DNA from: Candidatus Latescibacterota bacterium
GTDB lineage: Bacteria; Latescibacterota; UBA2968; SICM01
DNA length: 64,000 bases
NCBI GenBank assembly: GCA_965217865.1
Contig: CBDCJO010000001.1
Location: forward strand, 224,001 to 288,000
Direction of reading: 5' to 3'
Shown: one piece after another, positions 52,011-62,361 of the stretch
Layout of the letters: every line of letters starts with the position of its first letter
Position numbering within the stretch: position 1 is the first letter of the stretch
The notes under the pieces: model-generated
Databases searched by the model: none
What the model was told of the DNA's origin: nothing
Seen by the model: only the letters and a program-made list of their open reading frames with translations
Translations under genes and position numbers: made by a program

Positions 52011-52783
52011 GCGATTTTTTCAGCGTCGAAGACCGGCCCTTCGACACAGACTCTTCGATTTCGAAGGTATGGGTTGACTTCATCCGGATATTCCACGACA
52101 CAGCCGACGCAGGCACCGAAACCGCACGCCATGTGGTTTTCCAGAGATACAACGCACCGCGCCTTGTGCCGGCAGGCGATCCCCGCGGCGGCTTTCATCA
52201 TCGGGGTGGGGCCGCAGCAAAACACCTGGCAGGGACCCGCTGTGAGATGGGTTTCCATCAGTTCTGTCACAAAACCCCGGTGACCGACGCTTCCGTCGTC
52301 GGTCGCAATCTCCGTGCGAAATCCGGGGGGCATCAGACCGCCCGGGTCGGGCAGCCGCCCTCTGCTGGCGGCGCCGAAAAGCAGGAGGCTGTCGCTTTCC
52401 GGATCCTCATTCGCCCAGAAGGCCAGGGGGACGATGCCCACGCCCCCCGCGACCAGGATCACGCTGCCCGCGTCTGGGCGGGGGACATAAGGGCGGCCCA
52501 GCGGACCGATGATGTCCAGGGGATCCCCCCGACCATCGCGGGAAAGCGCGCGCGTGCCGGCCCCGATATCGTCATACAGCACGTCGACCCACCCGGCTTT
52601 CGGGTTCCGCCTCATCACGCTGAACGGCCTTCGCAGGTATGGGGCCCACCCGTCCGAGACCCGGATGTTGATAAACTGTGCCGGGCGTACGGCGGCGGCG
52701 ATCCGGGGGACTTCGAGCCGCATCAGATAGATGCGCTCAGCGACCTGATCGTTGAACAGGACCCTCCCGATTTCCTGGAACAT
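52001..52783 (-). CDS. pyrK: Dihydroorotate dehydrogenase electron transfer subunit
   Basis: RRPFS, GGVG, CGP, MACGFGACVGC...VCVEGPVF. Confidence 0.95.
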   Translation of the reverse strand: MFQEIGRVLFNDQVAERIYLMRLEVPRIAAAVRPAQFINIRVSDGWAPYLRRPFSVMRRNPKAGWVDVLYDDIGAGTRALSRDGRGDPLDIIGPLGRPYVPRPDAGSVILVAGGVGIVPLAFWANEDPESDSLLLFGAASRGRLPDPGGLMPPGFRTEIATDDGSVGHRGFVTELMETHLTAGPCQVFCCGPTPMMKAAAGIACRHKARCVVSLENHMACGFGACVGCVVEYPDEVNPYLRNRRVCVEGPVFDAEKIAWS

Positions 52784-52789
52784 ATAAGC

Positions 52790-54976
52790 TTAGTTTGGGG
52801 AATTCGCTCTTGAAGGTGGGAAGATCACGATCTGATCCGTCCACATCTCCTCCGCCTCCCCCTTCCGGGCACCCGGAATAAACCTGTACCTCTGGATCGT
52901 GGCAAGGGCGGCATCGTGGAACCGCTTGGGACCCTTCAGAACCTCTGCCCTTTTGATCTCACCGTTTTTTCCGACCAGAATCTTCACCATGATTCGAGCC
53001 CCCTGGGGATTATTCTTTAAACTGTCCGGGTAGACCAACGGTCCCGTGCTGGCCACGCGCGGAGGCCGGGATTTGGCGGCTCTAACGTCCCGGGGTTTGG
53101 ACGACCCTTTCGAGGGGTCCTGTGGTACTGATTTTAATGCCGTTTCCGGCAAAGGAGGAGATGTCAGGGAATCCACGTCTGCCCCATCGGCCAGGGAGTC
53201 CCTCTGACCCGCCATTCGAATCGAATCGACTTCGGCCTCGGCCTCGGCCCGGATGGAATCCTCCCTCGTCTGTGCGACAAGGGCATCGACTTTTTTTTGT
53301 GCGAGCGCGCCGAGGAGTGTCCGGGCATGCTTTCCCGCAACGATCTCGTAATGCACCCGGGCCTTTTCCGCGTCGTCCAGGACGTTCTCATAAGTCCAGG
53401 CGGTGGAAAAAAGAGACTTCACCGAATAGCTGCTCCGGGGGAATTCAGAAACGATCCGTTCGAAGATCCCGATATAAATCTCAGGATCCCCCCCCGTGAG
53501 GCGAAGCGTCTCGGCCTTCTGGAAGTTGGCCTGTGCGGGATCGGCACCGGGATCCCCGTCGCCCAACCAATCGGAAGCGGCATCCGCATATATCGTCCCG
53601 GGATAATCCTCTAACATGGATTCAAATGTCGCCCGAGCCGATGCCGAGTCGCGTTTCGTCTCTGCGTAGATCCAGCCGATTGCGTAGCCGGCCTTGGGGG
53701 CCAGCTCCCCGGTCGTATCTTTCGCCGCCACCGTCCGGTAAGCGACCAGTGCGGAGTCGGGCTCGTCGAGGCGAAGGCGAAACAGTTCGGCCATCTGGAA
53801 AACCGATTCGAGGTCGGTCGAGTCCGAAGCGATCTTGGTTTGATAACGATTGAGCTCTTTAAAATCCTTGAGGCGTTGATCGGCGAGTTTGCTTATCTCG
53901 CCACGGCGATACTCGTGTTTCGCCCTGTCGAAGAGATCCTTGATCTCCTCGGAGTCCTTTTGTTGACGCTGTGCGATCAGTCCCATCTGATAATAAGCCT
54001 TGGCGGACTGCGGAGTCTTCTTGTAGGTTTCGGTCACCCCTTTGGAGATCTCGTAGGATTCGTCGAGGCGATTCATCCGGTATAGCACCAACGCCAGGCT
54101 GATCTGGATGTCGGCCCCGAAGCCCTTCTTGAGCCGCTTCAACTTTAACATTTTCGCGTAATGATCACGCACCGCCCCGAATTCGCCCCGCTTCTCTAAA
54201 ATCTCCCCGATTGCCCTCCGCGCCTCGAATTCAACCCCGATAGGCGAACCTTTCTTGATTTTCCCCAGAGTCTCCCCCGCCTCCTCCAGGCGGCCCATCG
54301 CCAGGAGCGCCTTCCCGATCTCCAGGTGGATCGAAGCCTTGAGGTCACTCGTTTGGACGTGTGAAAGAAGCTCCCGACCGTCCTTGACGACGGAGTTGAA
54401 ATCTTCGATCCCCCCTGCCACCTCAAGCAACACAAATGCAGCCTGATCCGAAAATTCAGACCGCCCCTCAAAAGCCAACGCCCGAAGAACCCGTTGCGCA
54501 TCCTCGTAACGACCCAGCTTCCAGTACGATCTGCCCTCCCACAACCGGGATTCCTCGATCAGCCGGCTGTCGGGAAAGTTGGACCGGAGTTCGGAGAACT
54601 TCAGAATTGCCCCGGGATAGTCTTCCCTCCAGTATTGCGCTTTTCCGATCAACAGAAGACAGTCCTCAACATATTTGCTGCCGGGATAAAGCTCGATCAC
54701 GGCAGAGGCCTTTGTGATCGCTTGAAGGTAATCTTCCTGGGCTTTCCTTCTAGAATTCCGGTCCGTCTGGTTCTCCTCCCACTTGCGCCGGGCCCTTTCT
54801 CCATTCTGGTACCGCTTTTTCGCGTTGTAGAACGTGTTGAAATAGACGCATCCGGAAAAAATCACGCCCAGGACAACGGCCAGGGTAAGCAGCTGAAGCA
54901 CCCTGCAATGTTTGTGGTAATCGGGCATGGTCAGGCGCTCTGCACCGGGGATTGGGGTTTTAATTTGCACATGCAA
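52790..54976 (-). CDS. TPR lipoprotein fused to a C-terminal TonB_C domain
   Basis: Lipobox FSGC then YFNTFYNA, many TPRs, Pro/Ser linker, YP...VKILVGKNG...YRFIPG; start may be ATG 54928. Confidence 0.7.
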   Translation of the reverse strand: MHVQIKTPIPGAERLTMPDYHKHCRVLQLLTLAVVLGVIFSGCVYFNTFYNAKKRYQNGERARRKWEENQTDRNSRRKAQEDYLQAITKASAVIELYPGSKYVEDCLLLIGKAQYWREDYPGAILKFSELRSNFPDSRLIEESRLWEGRSYWKLGRYEDAQRVLRALAFEGRSEFSDQAAFVLLEVAGGIEDFNSVVKDGRELLSHVQTSDLKASIHLEIGKALLAMGRLEEAGETLGKIKKGSPIGVEFEARRAIGEILEKRGEFGAVRDHYAKMLKLKRLKKGFGADIQISLALVLYRMNRLDESYEISKGVTETYKKTPQSAKAYYQMGLIAQRQQKDSEEIKDLFDRAKHEYRRGEISKLADQRLKDFKELNRYQTKIASDSTDLESVFQMAELFRLRLDEPDSALVAYRTVAAKDTTGELAPKAGYAIGWIYAETKRDSASARATFESMLEDYPGTIYADAASDWLGDGDPGADPAQANFQKAETLRLTGGDPEIYIGIFERIVSEFPRSSYSVKSLFSTAWTYENVLDDAEKARVHYEIVAGKHARTLLGALAQKKVDALVAQTREDSIRAEAEAEVDSIRMAGQRDSLADGADVDSLTSPPLPETALKSVPQDPSKGSSKPRDVRAAKSRPPRVASTGPLVYPDSLKNNPQGARIMVKILVGKNGEIKRAEVLKGPKRFHDAALATIQRYRFIPGARKGEAEEMWTDQIVIFPPSRANSPN

Positions 54977-54979
54977 TTT

Positions 54980-56785
54980 TCATTTTTCATTTCCATGATA
55001 TTCCTGAAGCGACCTCACCTGAATCGGTTTCTTCCCCAGCGAGTCAATGCCCGAGACCGCAGCCGCACCCCCTGAAAGTGTTGTCGTATAGGGGACATTG
55101 TGCTGCAGGGCAGCCCGACGAATGGCCGAGTCGTCCCGCTGCGACTGCTCTCCAAGCGGGGTGTTGATCATCAGGACGATCTGGTTGCTCTTGATCGCGT
55201 CGACCACGTGAGGGCGATCTTCGTTCAACTTCGATATCCTGTCCGACGCCACGCCGTTTTGGGCGAGAAATTGCTGCGTGCCGGATGTGGCCACCAGGTC
55301 GAAATGGAGGGCCTTCAGGCGCCGAGCGATATCGATGACTCCGGGTTTGTCGCTGTCGTTCACGCTGATAAACACGGATCCGCTCCGCGGGAGGCGGACC
55401 CCCGCGCTGAGCTGGGCTTTCAGAAAGCAGAGGCCGAAATCCGAGTCGATTCCCATCACCTCGCCCGTGGATTTCATCTCCGGTCCCAGGACCGTATCCA
55501 CGCCGGGAAACTTGATGAAAGGCAGGACGGCCTCTTTGACGGCCATGTGTTTGATGGCCACCTCCCGGGTGAACCCCTGTTCCTTCAGTGTCACGCCCAC
55601 CATCGTGCGTGCGGCGATCTTGGCCAGGGGTTTTCCGATCACCTTGCTGACGAAGGGCACGGTCCGGGATGCCCTCGGGTTGACCTCCAGGACGTAGATC
55701 AAGCCGTCCTGGACCGCATACTGGACATTCATCAGGCCGATGACCTTCAGGGCGCGCGCGAGATCGTAGGTGTGTTCCCGAAGCCGATCGAGATCTTCCT
55801 CCGACGCCGCGTGCGGAGGGAGTACACAGGCACTGTCTCCCGAATGGATCCCCGCATTCTCGATGTGCTGCATGATGCCCCCAACGACGACCGCCTCTCC
55901 GTCCGACACGATGTCGACGTCGAACTCGCAAGCGTCCTCCAGGAACCGGTCGATCAGGAGGGGACGATCTCCGGACACCCCGATGGCCTCCCGAATATAA
56001 CCCGCCAGGCTATCCCGATCGTAGACGATGACCATGGCCCGGCCCCCCAAGACGAAAGAAGGGCGGACCAGAATCGGATATCCGATCCGGTCGGCGACGT
56101 CAACCGCCTCGTCCAGCGTGGTCGCCGTCCCGTTGTCCGGCTGTCGAATATCGAGATCTTTGATCAGGGCGGAGAATCGTTTCCGGTCCTCGGCGATATC
56201 GATGCTTTCGGGGGAAGTGCCGATGATGGGCAGTCCGGCGGCCTCAAGGCCGTGGGCGAGGTTGAGCGGCGTCTGTCCTCCGAATTGAACGATGACCCCA
56301 TCGACGCGTTCGACGTCGGCGATGTTCAGAACGTCCTCGACGGTGAGGGGTTCGAAGTACAACTTGTCGGAGGTGTCGTAGTCCGTGCTGACCGTCTCGG
56401 GGTTGCTGTTGACCATGATTGTCTCGTAACCGTCCTCCTTCAGAGCGAACGAGGCATGGACGCAGCAGTAATCGAACTCGATTCCCTGTCCGATCCGATT
56501 GGGGCCGCCTCCGAGGATCATGATCTTCTTCCGGTCCGTGCGGACCACTTCACATTCGCTCTCGTAGGTGGAATAATGATAGGGGGTATGGGCCTCGAAT
56601 TCGGCTGCGCAGGTATCGACCGTCTTGAAGGTAGGAAGAACGCCGAGGCGTTTGCGGAGGAGACGAATCGTGGTCTCTTCGGATTTCCAGAGGTAAGCCA
56701 GTTGCCGGTCGCTAAAACCGAACTGCTTGGCCTTTAACAGGGCGGCGCGGTCGATCTTGGAGAAGAGTTCTTCCAGGTTCATCAA
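54980..56785 (-). CDS. carB: Carbamoyl-phosphate synthase large chain, C-terminal part
   Basis: [24 protein letters not shown], second ATP-grasp, MGS domain; own SD AAAGGA. Confidence 0.93.
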   Translation of the reverse strand: MMNLEELFSKIDRAALLKAKQFGFSDRQLAYLWKSEETTIRLLRKRLGVLPTFKTVDTCAAEFEAHTPYHYSTYESECEVVRTDRKKIMILGGGPNRIGQGIEFDYCCVHASFALKEDGYETIMVNSNPETVSTDYDTSDKLYFEPLTVEDVLNIADVERVDGVIVQFGGQTPLNLAHGLEAAGLPIIGTSPESIDIAEDRKRFSALIKDLDIRQPDNGTATTLDEAVDVADRIGYPILVRPSFVLGGRAMVIVYDRDSLAGYIREAIGVSGDRPLLIDRFLEDACEFDVDIVSDGEAVVVGGIMQHIENAGIHSGDSACVLPPHAASEEDLDRLREHTYDLARALKVIGLMNVQYAVQDGLIYVLEVNPRASRTVPFVSKVIGKPLAKIAARTMVGVTLKEQGFTREVAIKHMAVKEAVLPFIKFPGVDTVLGPEMKSTGEVMGIDSDFGLCFLKAQLSAGVRLPRSGSVFISVNDSDKPGVIDIARRLKALHFDLVATSGTQQFLAQNGVASDRISKLNEDRPHVVDAIKSNQIVLMINTPLGEQSQRDDSAIRRAALQHNVPYTTTLSGGAAAVSGIDSLGKKPIQVRSLQEYHGNEK

Positions 56786-56825
56786 ATTCCTTTGAATGGT
56801 ACCATATATCCTTCCCGCTTGACCT

Positions 56826-58274
56826 TCAAGCCACCATCGAGGCCAGTTCCTTTTCGAATTCGATGACCTCTCTGATGTTGTGGAGAAACCAGGGAGCGAT
56901 TTTCGTCAGGTCGTAGACCTCATCAACGGACATGCCCATCTCGAAGGCAGCCTTCACGTAAAAGATGCGCTGGGAATTGGGGACTTTGAGTTTCTGGAAC
57001 AGAAACTCTCGATCCAGATCGGAAAGGTCGAAGTCCTTCCCGTCGGCGCCCAGTCCCGCCCGGCCGATCTCGAGAGATCGGAGGCCCTTTTGAAGGGCCT
57101 CTTTGAAGGTCCTCCCGATCGCCATCGTCTCCCCCACCGATTTCATCTGGGTGTCCAGCACGTCCACGGAACCCGGGAACTTCTCGAAGGCCCAGCGGGG
57201 AATCTTGACGACGCAGTAATCGATCGTGGGTTCGAATGATGCGGGAGTCTCCCGGGTGATATCATTCCTGATCTCGTCGAGGGTATAACCCACCGCGAGC
57301 TTGGCCGCGATCTTCGCGATCGGAAACCCCGTTGCCTTGGAGGCGAGGGCCGAGGAGCGGGAAACCCTAGGATTCATCTCGATGATCACCATTCGACCGT
57401 TGTCGGGATTGATCGCAAACTGGATGTTCGACCCCCCGGTCTCGACGCCGATCTCTCGAATCACGTCGATAGCGGCGTCGCGCATCATCTGATATTCCTT
57501 GTCCGTCAGGGTCTGGGCAGGGGCCACGGTGATGGAATCCCCGGTATGGACCCCCATGGGGTCAACGTTCTCGATCGAGCAGATGACGACCACATTGTCT
57601 CGGAGATCGCGCATCACTTCGAGCTCAAACTCACCCCACCCGATCACGGACTCTTCGATCAGGATCTCGTTGCTCGGAGACAGATCGAGCCCGTGGGAGG
57701 CCAATCTCTCGAATTCCTCCGTGTTGTAGGCGATCCCTCCTCCGGTGCCTCCGAGCGTGTAGGAAGGACGGACAATCGCCGGATAGCCGACATCGTCCAC
57801 CAGCCTGATGGCCTCCTCATACGTGTATGCAAATCGGCCCTTCGGCAAGTCCAAACCGATGCCCTCCATCGAAGTCTTGAAGCGCTCCCGGTTCTCCGCC
57901 TTTTCGATTGCATCAAGTTTGGCCCCGATCATCTCAACTGAATAACGGTCAAGGACGCCCGATTTCGCCAGCTCCACCGAGACATTCAGGCCGGTCTGCC
58001 CCCCCAGGGTGGGGAGCAAGGCATCGGGGCGTTCCCGTTCGATGATGGCTTCACAGATGTCCGCGGTGATCGGCTCCACATATGTTCTGGTGGCTGTCTC
58101 AGGGTCGGTCATGATGGTGGCCGGGTTGCTGTTGATCAGGATGATCTCAAAGCCCTCCTCCCGAAGCGCCTTGCAAGCCTGTGTCCCCGAGTAGTCGAAC
58201 TCGCAGGCCTGACCGATGACAATAGGGCCCGAGCCGATGATCATGATTTTATGAATGTCGTTCCGTCGAGGCAT
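56826..58274 (-). CDS. carB: Carbamoyl-phosphate synthase large chain, N-terminal part
   Basis: [35 protein letters not shown]. Confidence 0.95.
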   Translation of the reverse strand: MPRRNDIHKIMIIGSGPIVIGQACEFDYSGTQACKALREEGFEIILINSNPATIMTDPETATRTYVEPITADICEAIIERERPDALLPTLGGQTGLNVSVELAKSGVLDRYSVEMIGAKLDAIEKAENRERFKTSMEGIGLDLPKGRFAYTYEEAIRLVDDVGYPAIVRPSYTLGGTGGGIAYNTEEFERLASHGLDLSPSNEILIEESVIGWGEFELEVMRDLRDNVVVICSIENVDPMGVHTGDSITVAPAQTLTDKEYQMMRDAAIDVIREIGVETGGSNIQFAINPDNGRMVIIEMNPRVSRSSALASKATGFPIAKIAAKLAVGYTLDEIRNDITRETPASFEPTIDYCVVKIPRWAFEKFPGSVDVLDTQMKSVGETMAIGRTFKEALQKGLRSLEIGRAGLGADGKDFDLSDLDREFLFQKLKVPNSQRIFYVKAAFEMGMSVDEVYDLTKIAPWFLHNIREVIEFEKELASMVA

Positions 58275-58283
58275 GGAGGCCTT

Positions 58284-58790
58284 TCAAAACATCACCAGGT
58301 AGATCAGAAAAAAGATAAATACGATCGTAACGCCGTAGGAGACCTTCAGAATCAGGCCCTGCGCCTCCTTGCTCAGACCCTTTTGGGTGCGAATTTCCCC
58401 ACCCGGCCGTTTGGGTTCCTCGATGACGCCGTGAAATCGTTCCTGCTCTATATACGCCACCAGGCTGGCATCACAATCTCCGATCGCCTTCAAAATGATC
58501 CGTTTGTTCCTGGCGACCTTCTCGGCAAACCGTTCGGAGGGGATCTTGTTTTGGGCCTCCTTCCGTCGGTCCTCAGAGTCTGAAAGATCCGATACCAGGT
58601 TGCAGGTACGGGCAAGCGCCAGCTTCTCAGCCAGATCTTCAAGCTTTTCTTTTTCCCGCACGTGTTCCCTGATGACCTTCTCACAAGCATTTATGAAGAT
58701 GTCCAGGTCCGTCTTGATCTCGGCCTCCGACCGCCCCATCAGATAAGACTCTTCGATCAAATCTTCTATTGAATCTTTTAATTCAGCCAT
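58284..58790 (-). CDS. Hypothetical helical protein with C-terminal TM anchor
   Basis: ORF fills the gap between nnr and carB; hydrophobic C-terminus; start uncertain (58790 or upstream). Confidence 0.6.
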   Translation of the reverse strand: MAELKDSIEDLIEESYLMGRSEAEIKTDLDIFINACEKVIREHVREKEKLEDLAEKLALARTCNLVSDLSDSEDRRKEAQNKIPSERFAEKVARNKRIILKAIGDCDASLVAYIEQERFHGVIEEPKRPGGEIRTQKGLSKEAQGLILKVSYGVTIVFIFFLIYLVMF

Positions 58791-58864
58791 AGCGTGACCC
58801 ATCGTGAATGAAGTAATGGGGGGACAATCCGTCTCCATCGTAGAACTACGACAACCTTCTTTTT

Positions 58865-60445
58865 TTAAATCCATTCAAAATATGGATGCCTCATCCCGCC
58901 GGAAGCAATTCCCTTCAGAACCTCCGGAACGGCTACAGCCAGTTCTCCCGCGGGGTGCCCGACCCCCCCGGCCCGTTCCGCCACCAGATCCCCGGCGGCG
59001 CCGTGGAGGTAAACCCCGAGCCTCGCCCCGGTCTCCGGCGTCAGACCCTGACCGATCAGGCTCGTGATGATTCCGGTCAAGACATCTCCGGCCCCACCCG
59101 TGGCCATCGACGAATTCCCAGTCGGGTTGAGATAGACCTTCCCAGAAGGATCCGCGATGACTGTGGGAGCGCCTTTCAAGACGACCACCACACGGTTCGT
59201 CCCCGCATACGCACGCGCCGACCCGATGGGATCCATCAGGATTTCGGCCGTCGGCATACCCGTTAGACGGCTGAACTCTCCCGGATGCGGGGTGATGACC
59301 GTGGGGCCTGCACGATCTTTGAGCAGATCGGACCTTCCGCCCAGTGCATTCAGGCCGTCGGCGTCCAGGACAAGAGGCTTCTCCACGTCTTGCACCAGCC
59401 GATGGACCAGACCCGCGGTCTCTCGATGTCTGCCCAGGCCGGGACCCATGGCGATCGAATCCGCCTTTTCCGCAAGACGTCCGATATCCCCTCGTGCCCT
59501 CAGCGAGAGACAGCGGGCTCTCCGCACCTCCGGAAGGGGGTAAGTCATGGCCTCGGTGAGCTTCACCTCAAGGATATCGTTCAAACTCGCGGGAACGCCG
59601 ACGGTCACGAGACCCGCACCGGACCGGATCGCGCCGTTCGCGCAGAGGACAGCGGCCCCCGTCAAACCCACCGATCCAGCCAGGATGAGGTCCCGGCCAA
59701 AGTCCCCCTTGTGCGCATCCGGCTCCCGGCGAGGCAGCCAGCCTACGACATCCTCCCGGGTGGTCAGGAAGACATCGACGCCTTCAGCATCTATGGAAGC
59801 CGGGGGAATACCGATGTCGATCAGGCTTAGGGCCCCGCAGAGCGTCCTTCCCGGGAAGAAGAAGTGCCCGACCTTGGGAAGGCCGAAGGTTACCGTGTGT
59901 GTCGATTTGACGCAAGGGCCCTCCGTCCTCCCGGTGTCGGCAAGTAATCCGGACGGGACGTCCACCGAAACCACAGGAATCCCCGCACGGTTGACGGCCT
60001 CGATGGCCGGAATCGATACCCCCCGAGCCCCACCCCGAAGGCCGGTTCCGAGGATGGCATCGACGATCAGGCTGGACCGCCCCAGAACGGGAATCAGATC
60101 ATCGACCTCCCGCTCTGAATGGATTTCACGAATCTCGACGCCCGCGGACCGGGCACGTTCCAGATGGGTCCGGGCGTCTCCCGACACGGCTTTGGCCCTT
60201 TCAAGAAGAAAGGCCTCAACTTCGACGCCGGCTTCTTTCAGGCACCGTGCGACGACAAATCCGTCTCCGCCGTTGTTCCCTTTCCCGCAGACGACGGCCA
60301 CCATGCTTCCCGGTTCACGGGTCCGGTCGATCACCACCTCGAAGACCCCGCGGCCGGCTCTCTCCATCAGTTCCAGGCCCGCGACTCCCGAAGCGATTAC
60401 ACGGCGGTCGATTCCCGCCATCTGCCCGCCCGTGGCAAGCTTCAT
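58865..60445 (-). CDS. nnr: Bifunctional NAD(P)HX epimerase/dehydratase
   Basis: GKGNNGGDG, DVPSG, HKG.FG, DADG, TPHPGE, GGAGDVL; ATG 60445 overlaps acpS stop. Confidence 0.95.
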   Translation of the reverse strand: MKLATGGQMAGIDRRVIASGVAGLELMERAGRGVFEVVIDRTREPGSMVAVVCGKGNNGGDGFVVARCLKEAGVEVEAFLLERAKAVSGDARTHLERARSAGVEIREIHSEREVDDLIPVLGRSSLIVDAILGTGLRGGARGVSIPAIEAVNRAGIPVVSVDVPSGLLADTGRTEGPCVKSTHTVTFGLPKVGHFFFPGRTLCGALSLIDIGIPPASIDAEGVDVFLTTREDVVGWLPRREPDAHKGDFGRDLILAGSVGLTGAAVLCANGAIRSGAGLVTVGVPASLNDILEVKLTEAMTYPLPEVRRARCLSLRARGDIGRLAEKADSIAMGPGLGRHRETAGLVHRLVQDVEKPLVLDADGLNALGGRSDLLKDRAGPTVITPHPGEFSRLTGMPTAEILMDPIGSARAYAGTNRVVVVLKGAPTVIADPSGKVYLNPTGNSSMATGGAGDVLTGIITSLIGQGLTPETGARLGVYLHGAAGDLVAERAGGVGHPAGELAVAVPEVLKGIASGGMRHPYFEWI

Positions 60446-60816
60446 TCCGTTCCTTCGACGACGACAACGGCGACGGCGTGCGCGTGGGTATGCGAAATGC
60501 TGACCAGGAACCGGTCCCCACGCCCCAGCAGCCTGGTTTGACCGTGAAGGAAGATCTCGGGTGCGGAACCCGGACGCCGAACGATCTCGATATCCACCCA
60601 TCGGACGCCCCGTTTCCAGCCCGTTCCAAGGGCCTTCATCGTTGCCTCCTTGGCGGCAAACCGCGCTGCCAGGGATCGATACTTTTCACCCCTGTTATAG
60701 CAGTAATCGATCTCCGCCTGGGTGTAGACACGCCGGAGAAACCGATCACCCCAGCGTTCAACGGCATTCTGGAGGCGTGCCACCTCGACCAGGTCGATGC
60801 CCACGGATCGGATCAT
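60442..60816 (-). CDS. acpS: Holo-ACP synthase
   Basis: GIDLVE, LAARFAAKEA.MKALGTG, SISH. Confidence 0.96.
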   Translation of the reverse strand: MIRSVGIDLVEVARLQNAVERWGDRFLRRVYTQAEIDYCYNRGEKYRSLAARFAAKEATMKALGTGWKRGVRWVDIEIVRRPGSAPEIFLHGQTRLLGRGDRFLVSISHTHAHAVAVVVVEGTE

Positions 60817-61059
60817 TCGCGATTTCCCAGGATCGAAAAGGCCGTGAAGCGCGAATCATAGTCTCGATAAATCGAGTCGAGCCTTGGGGGTGTAGGGGCC
60901 TCTGCGGAATGTGGATTGATAGCCCAAAAAAAATCCGGCCCCTGTCGAAACGCCGAATTAGGGACCCCAGGCCAAACATTTCGACGAACGAGGCAGATGC
61001 CGGGATTGGGATAGACCAGGATAAAATACGGTAATTTTTAAACCTTAAAATCAATGAAA

Positions 61060-61141
61060 AGATAACCCCTCGGGGAGGAACTTGTCAACCCTTTTTTCCC
61101 ATTAGAGGATACTTGACAAACAACCCGAAGTTAATTATTCT
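61060..61141. promoter_or_regulatory. Divergent sigma70 promoters (acpS / dapL)
   Basis: Plus: TTGACA(61113)-17-TATTCT; minus: TTGACA(61088)-17/18-T(T)ATCT. Confidence 0.7.
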
Positions 61142-61184
61142 CTTTGGCATTAATCGGGCATCAACCCTTTAAAGGAGCACCTCC

Positions 61185-62354
61185 ATGCAGCTTGCCGAAC
61201 GCCTGTCGAAGATTCCCCCCTATCTCTTCATGGAACTGCGAGAAAAAATCGGGAAGGCTCGCGCTTCCGGAGTTGACGTGATCAGCCTGGGCGTGGGCGA
61301 TCCCGTGGAACCCACACCCGACGGAATCATCGAAGAGCTCTCAGTTCGGGCCCGCGATCCCGCGAACCATCAATATCCTCCCGACGAAGAGAAGGGCATG
61401 GGCGAGTTCCGGACCGCCGTTGCCGAATTCTTCCGGGATCGCTACAGCGTGGATCTGGATCCCGCTTCCCAGGTGCTCGGCCTGATCGGATCAAAAGAGG
61501 GCATCCATCATTTCTGCCTGGCCAGGGTGAATCCAGGCGACCTGGTCCTCATGACAGATCCCGGATATCCCGCTTACCGGGCGAGTATATTGATGGCGGG
61601 TGGAGAACCCCACTCCATCCCGATTCTCCCGGAAAACGGATATCTGCCGAACCTGGCGGATATCCCATCCGACGTTGCCCGGCGCGCGAGCGCCCTGTTT
61701 CTCTGTTATCCGAACAATCCCACCGGGGCCGTCGCGACCCGCGCGTTCTACGAAGACCTTGTTCGCTGGGCGAAGGACTTCGACGTGGCGATTTGTCAGG
61801 ACGGCGCGTACAGCGAAATGGTCTTCGACGAAGCAGACCGAGTCAGCATGCTGCAGGCCCCGGGCACACTCGATGTCGGGGTCGAGCTGGGATCCCTCTC
61901 AAAATCTTTTAACATGACCGGATGGCGGATCGGCATGGTGATGGGCAATCCGGACATCATCTCCGGGATCTCAAAAGTCAAGGAGAATACCGACTCCGGG
62001 GCTTTCGCCGCGATCCAGCACGCCGGGATAGCCGCCCTCCGGCACCAAAAAAGCACCATCGATAAAATGTTAGGCATTTACCGGCGCCGGCAGAAACTGG
62101 TCGTGGATACGTTAAAGGACATGGGATGGGATTGCCGGCCCCCGAAGGGGACATTCTACATCTGGCTTCCGACACCGAGCGGGACATCCTCCATCGCGTT
62201 CGCGAATCTCCTGTTCGATCGGGCTCATGTCGTCGTGGCCGCGGGAACCGCCTACGGAGAATATGGGGAGGGTTTCGTAAGGATCTCACTCTGCGTGCCC
62301 GACAATCGGCTTGAGGAAGCGATGGGCAGGATCGGGAAAGCGATACGGGACTGA
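61185..62354 (+). CDS. dapL: LL-diaminopimelate aminotransferase-like class I PLP enzyme
   Basis: GSKEG, YPNNPTG, SLSKSFNMTGWRIG; directly upstream of lysA. Confidence 0.82.
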   Translation: MQLAERLSKIPPYLFMELREKIGKARASGVDVISLGVGDPVEPTPDGIIEELSVRARDPANHQYPPDEEKGMGEFRTAVAEFFRDRYSVDLDPASQVLGLIGSKEGIHHFCLARVNPGDLVLMTDPGYPAYRASILMAGGEPHSIPILPENGYLPNLADIPSDVARRASALFLCYPNNPTGAVATRAFYEDLVRWAKDFDVAICQDGAYSEMVFDEADRVSMLQAPGTLDVGVELGSLSKSFNMTGWRIGMVMGNPDIISGISKVKENTDSGAFAAIQHAGIAALRHQKSTIDKMLGIYRRRQKLVVDTLKDMGWDCRPPKGTFYIWLPTPSGTSSIAFANLLFDRAHVVVAAGTAYGEYGEGFVRISLCVPDNRLEEAMGRIGKAIRD

Positions 62355-62361
62355 CTGACTT

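Noticed and set aside
61142-61184. Lysine riboswitch upstream of dapL-lysA
   Set aside because: Predicted leader is only ~40 nt, far too short
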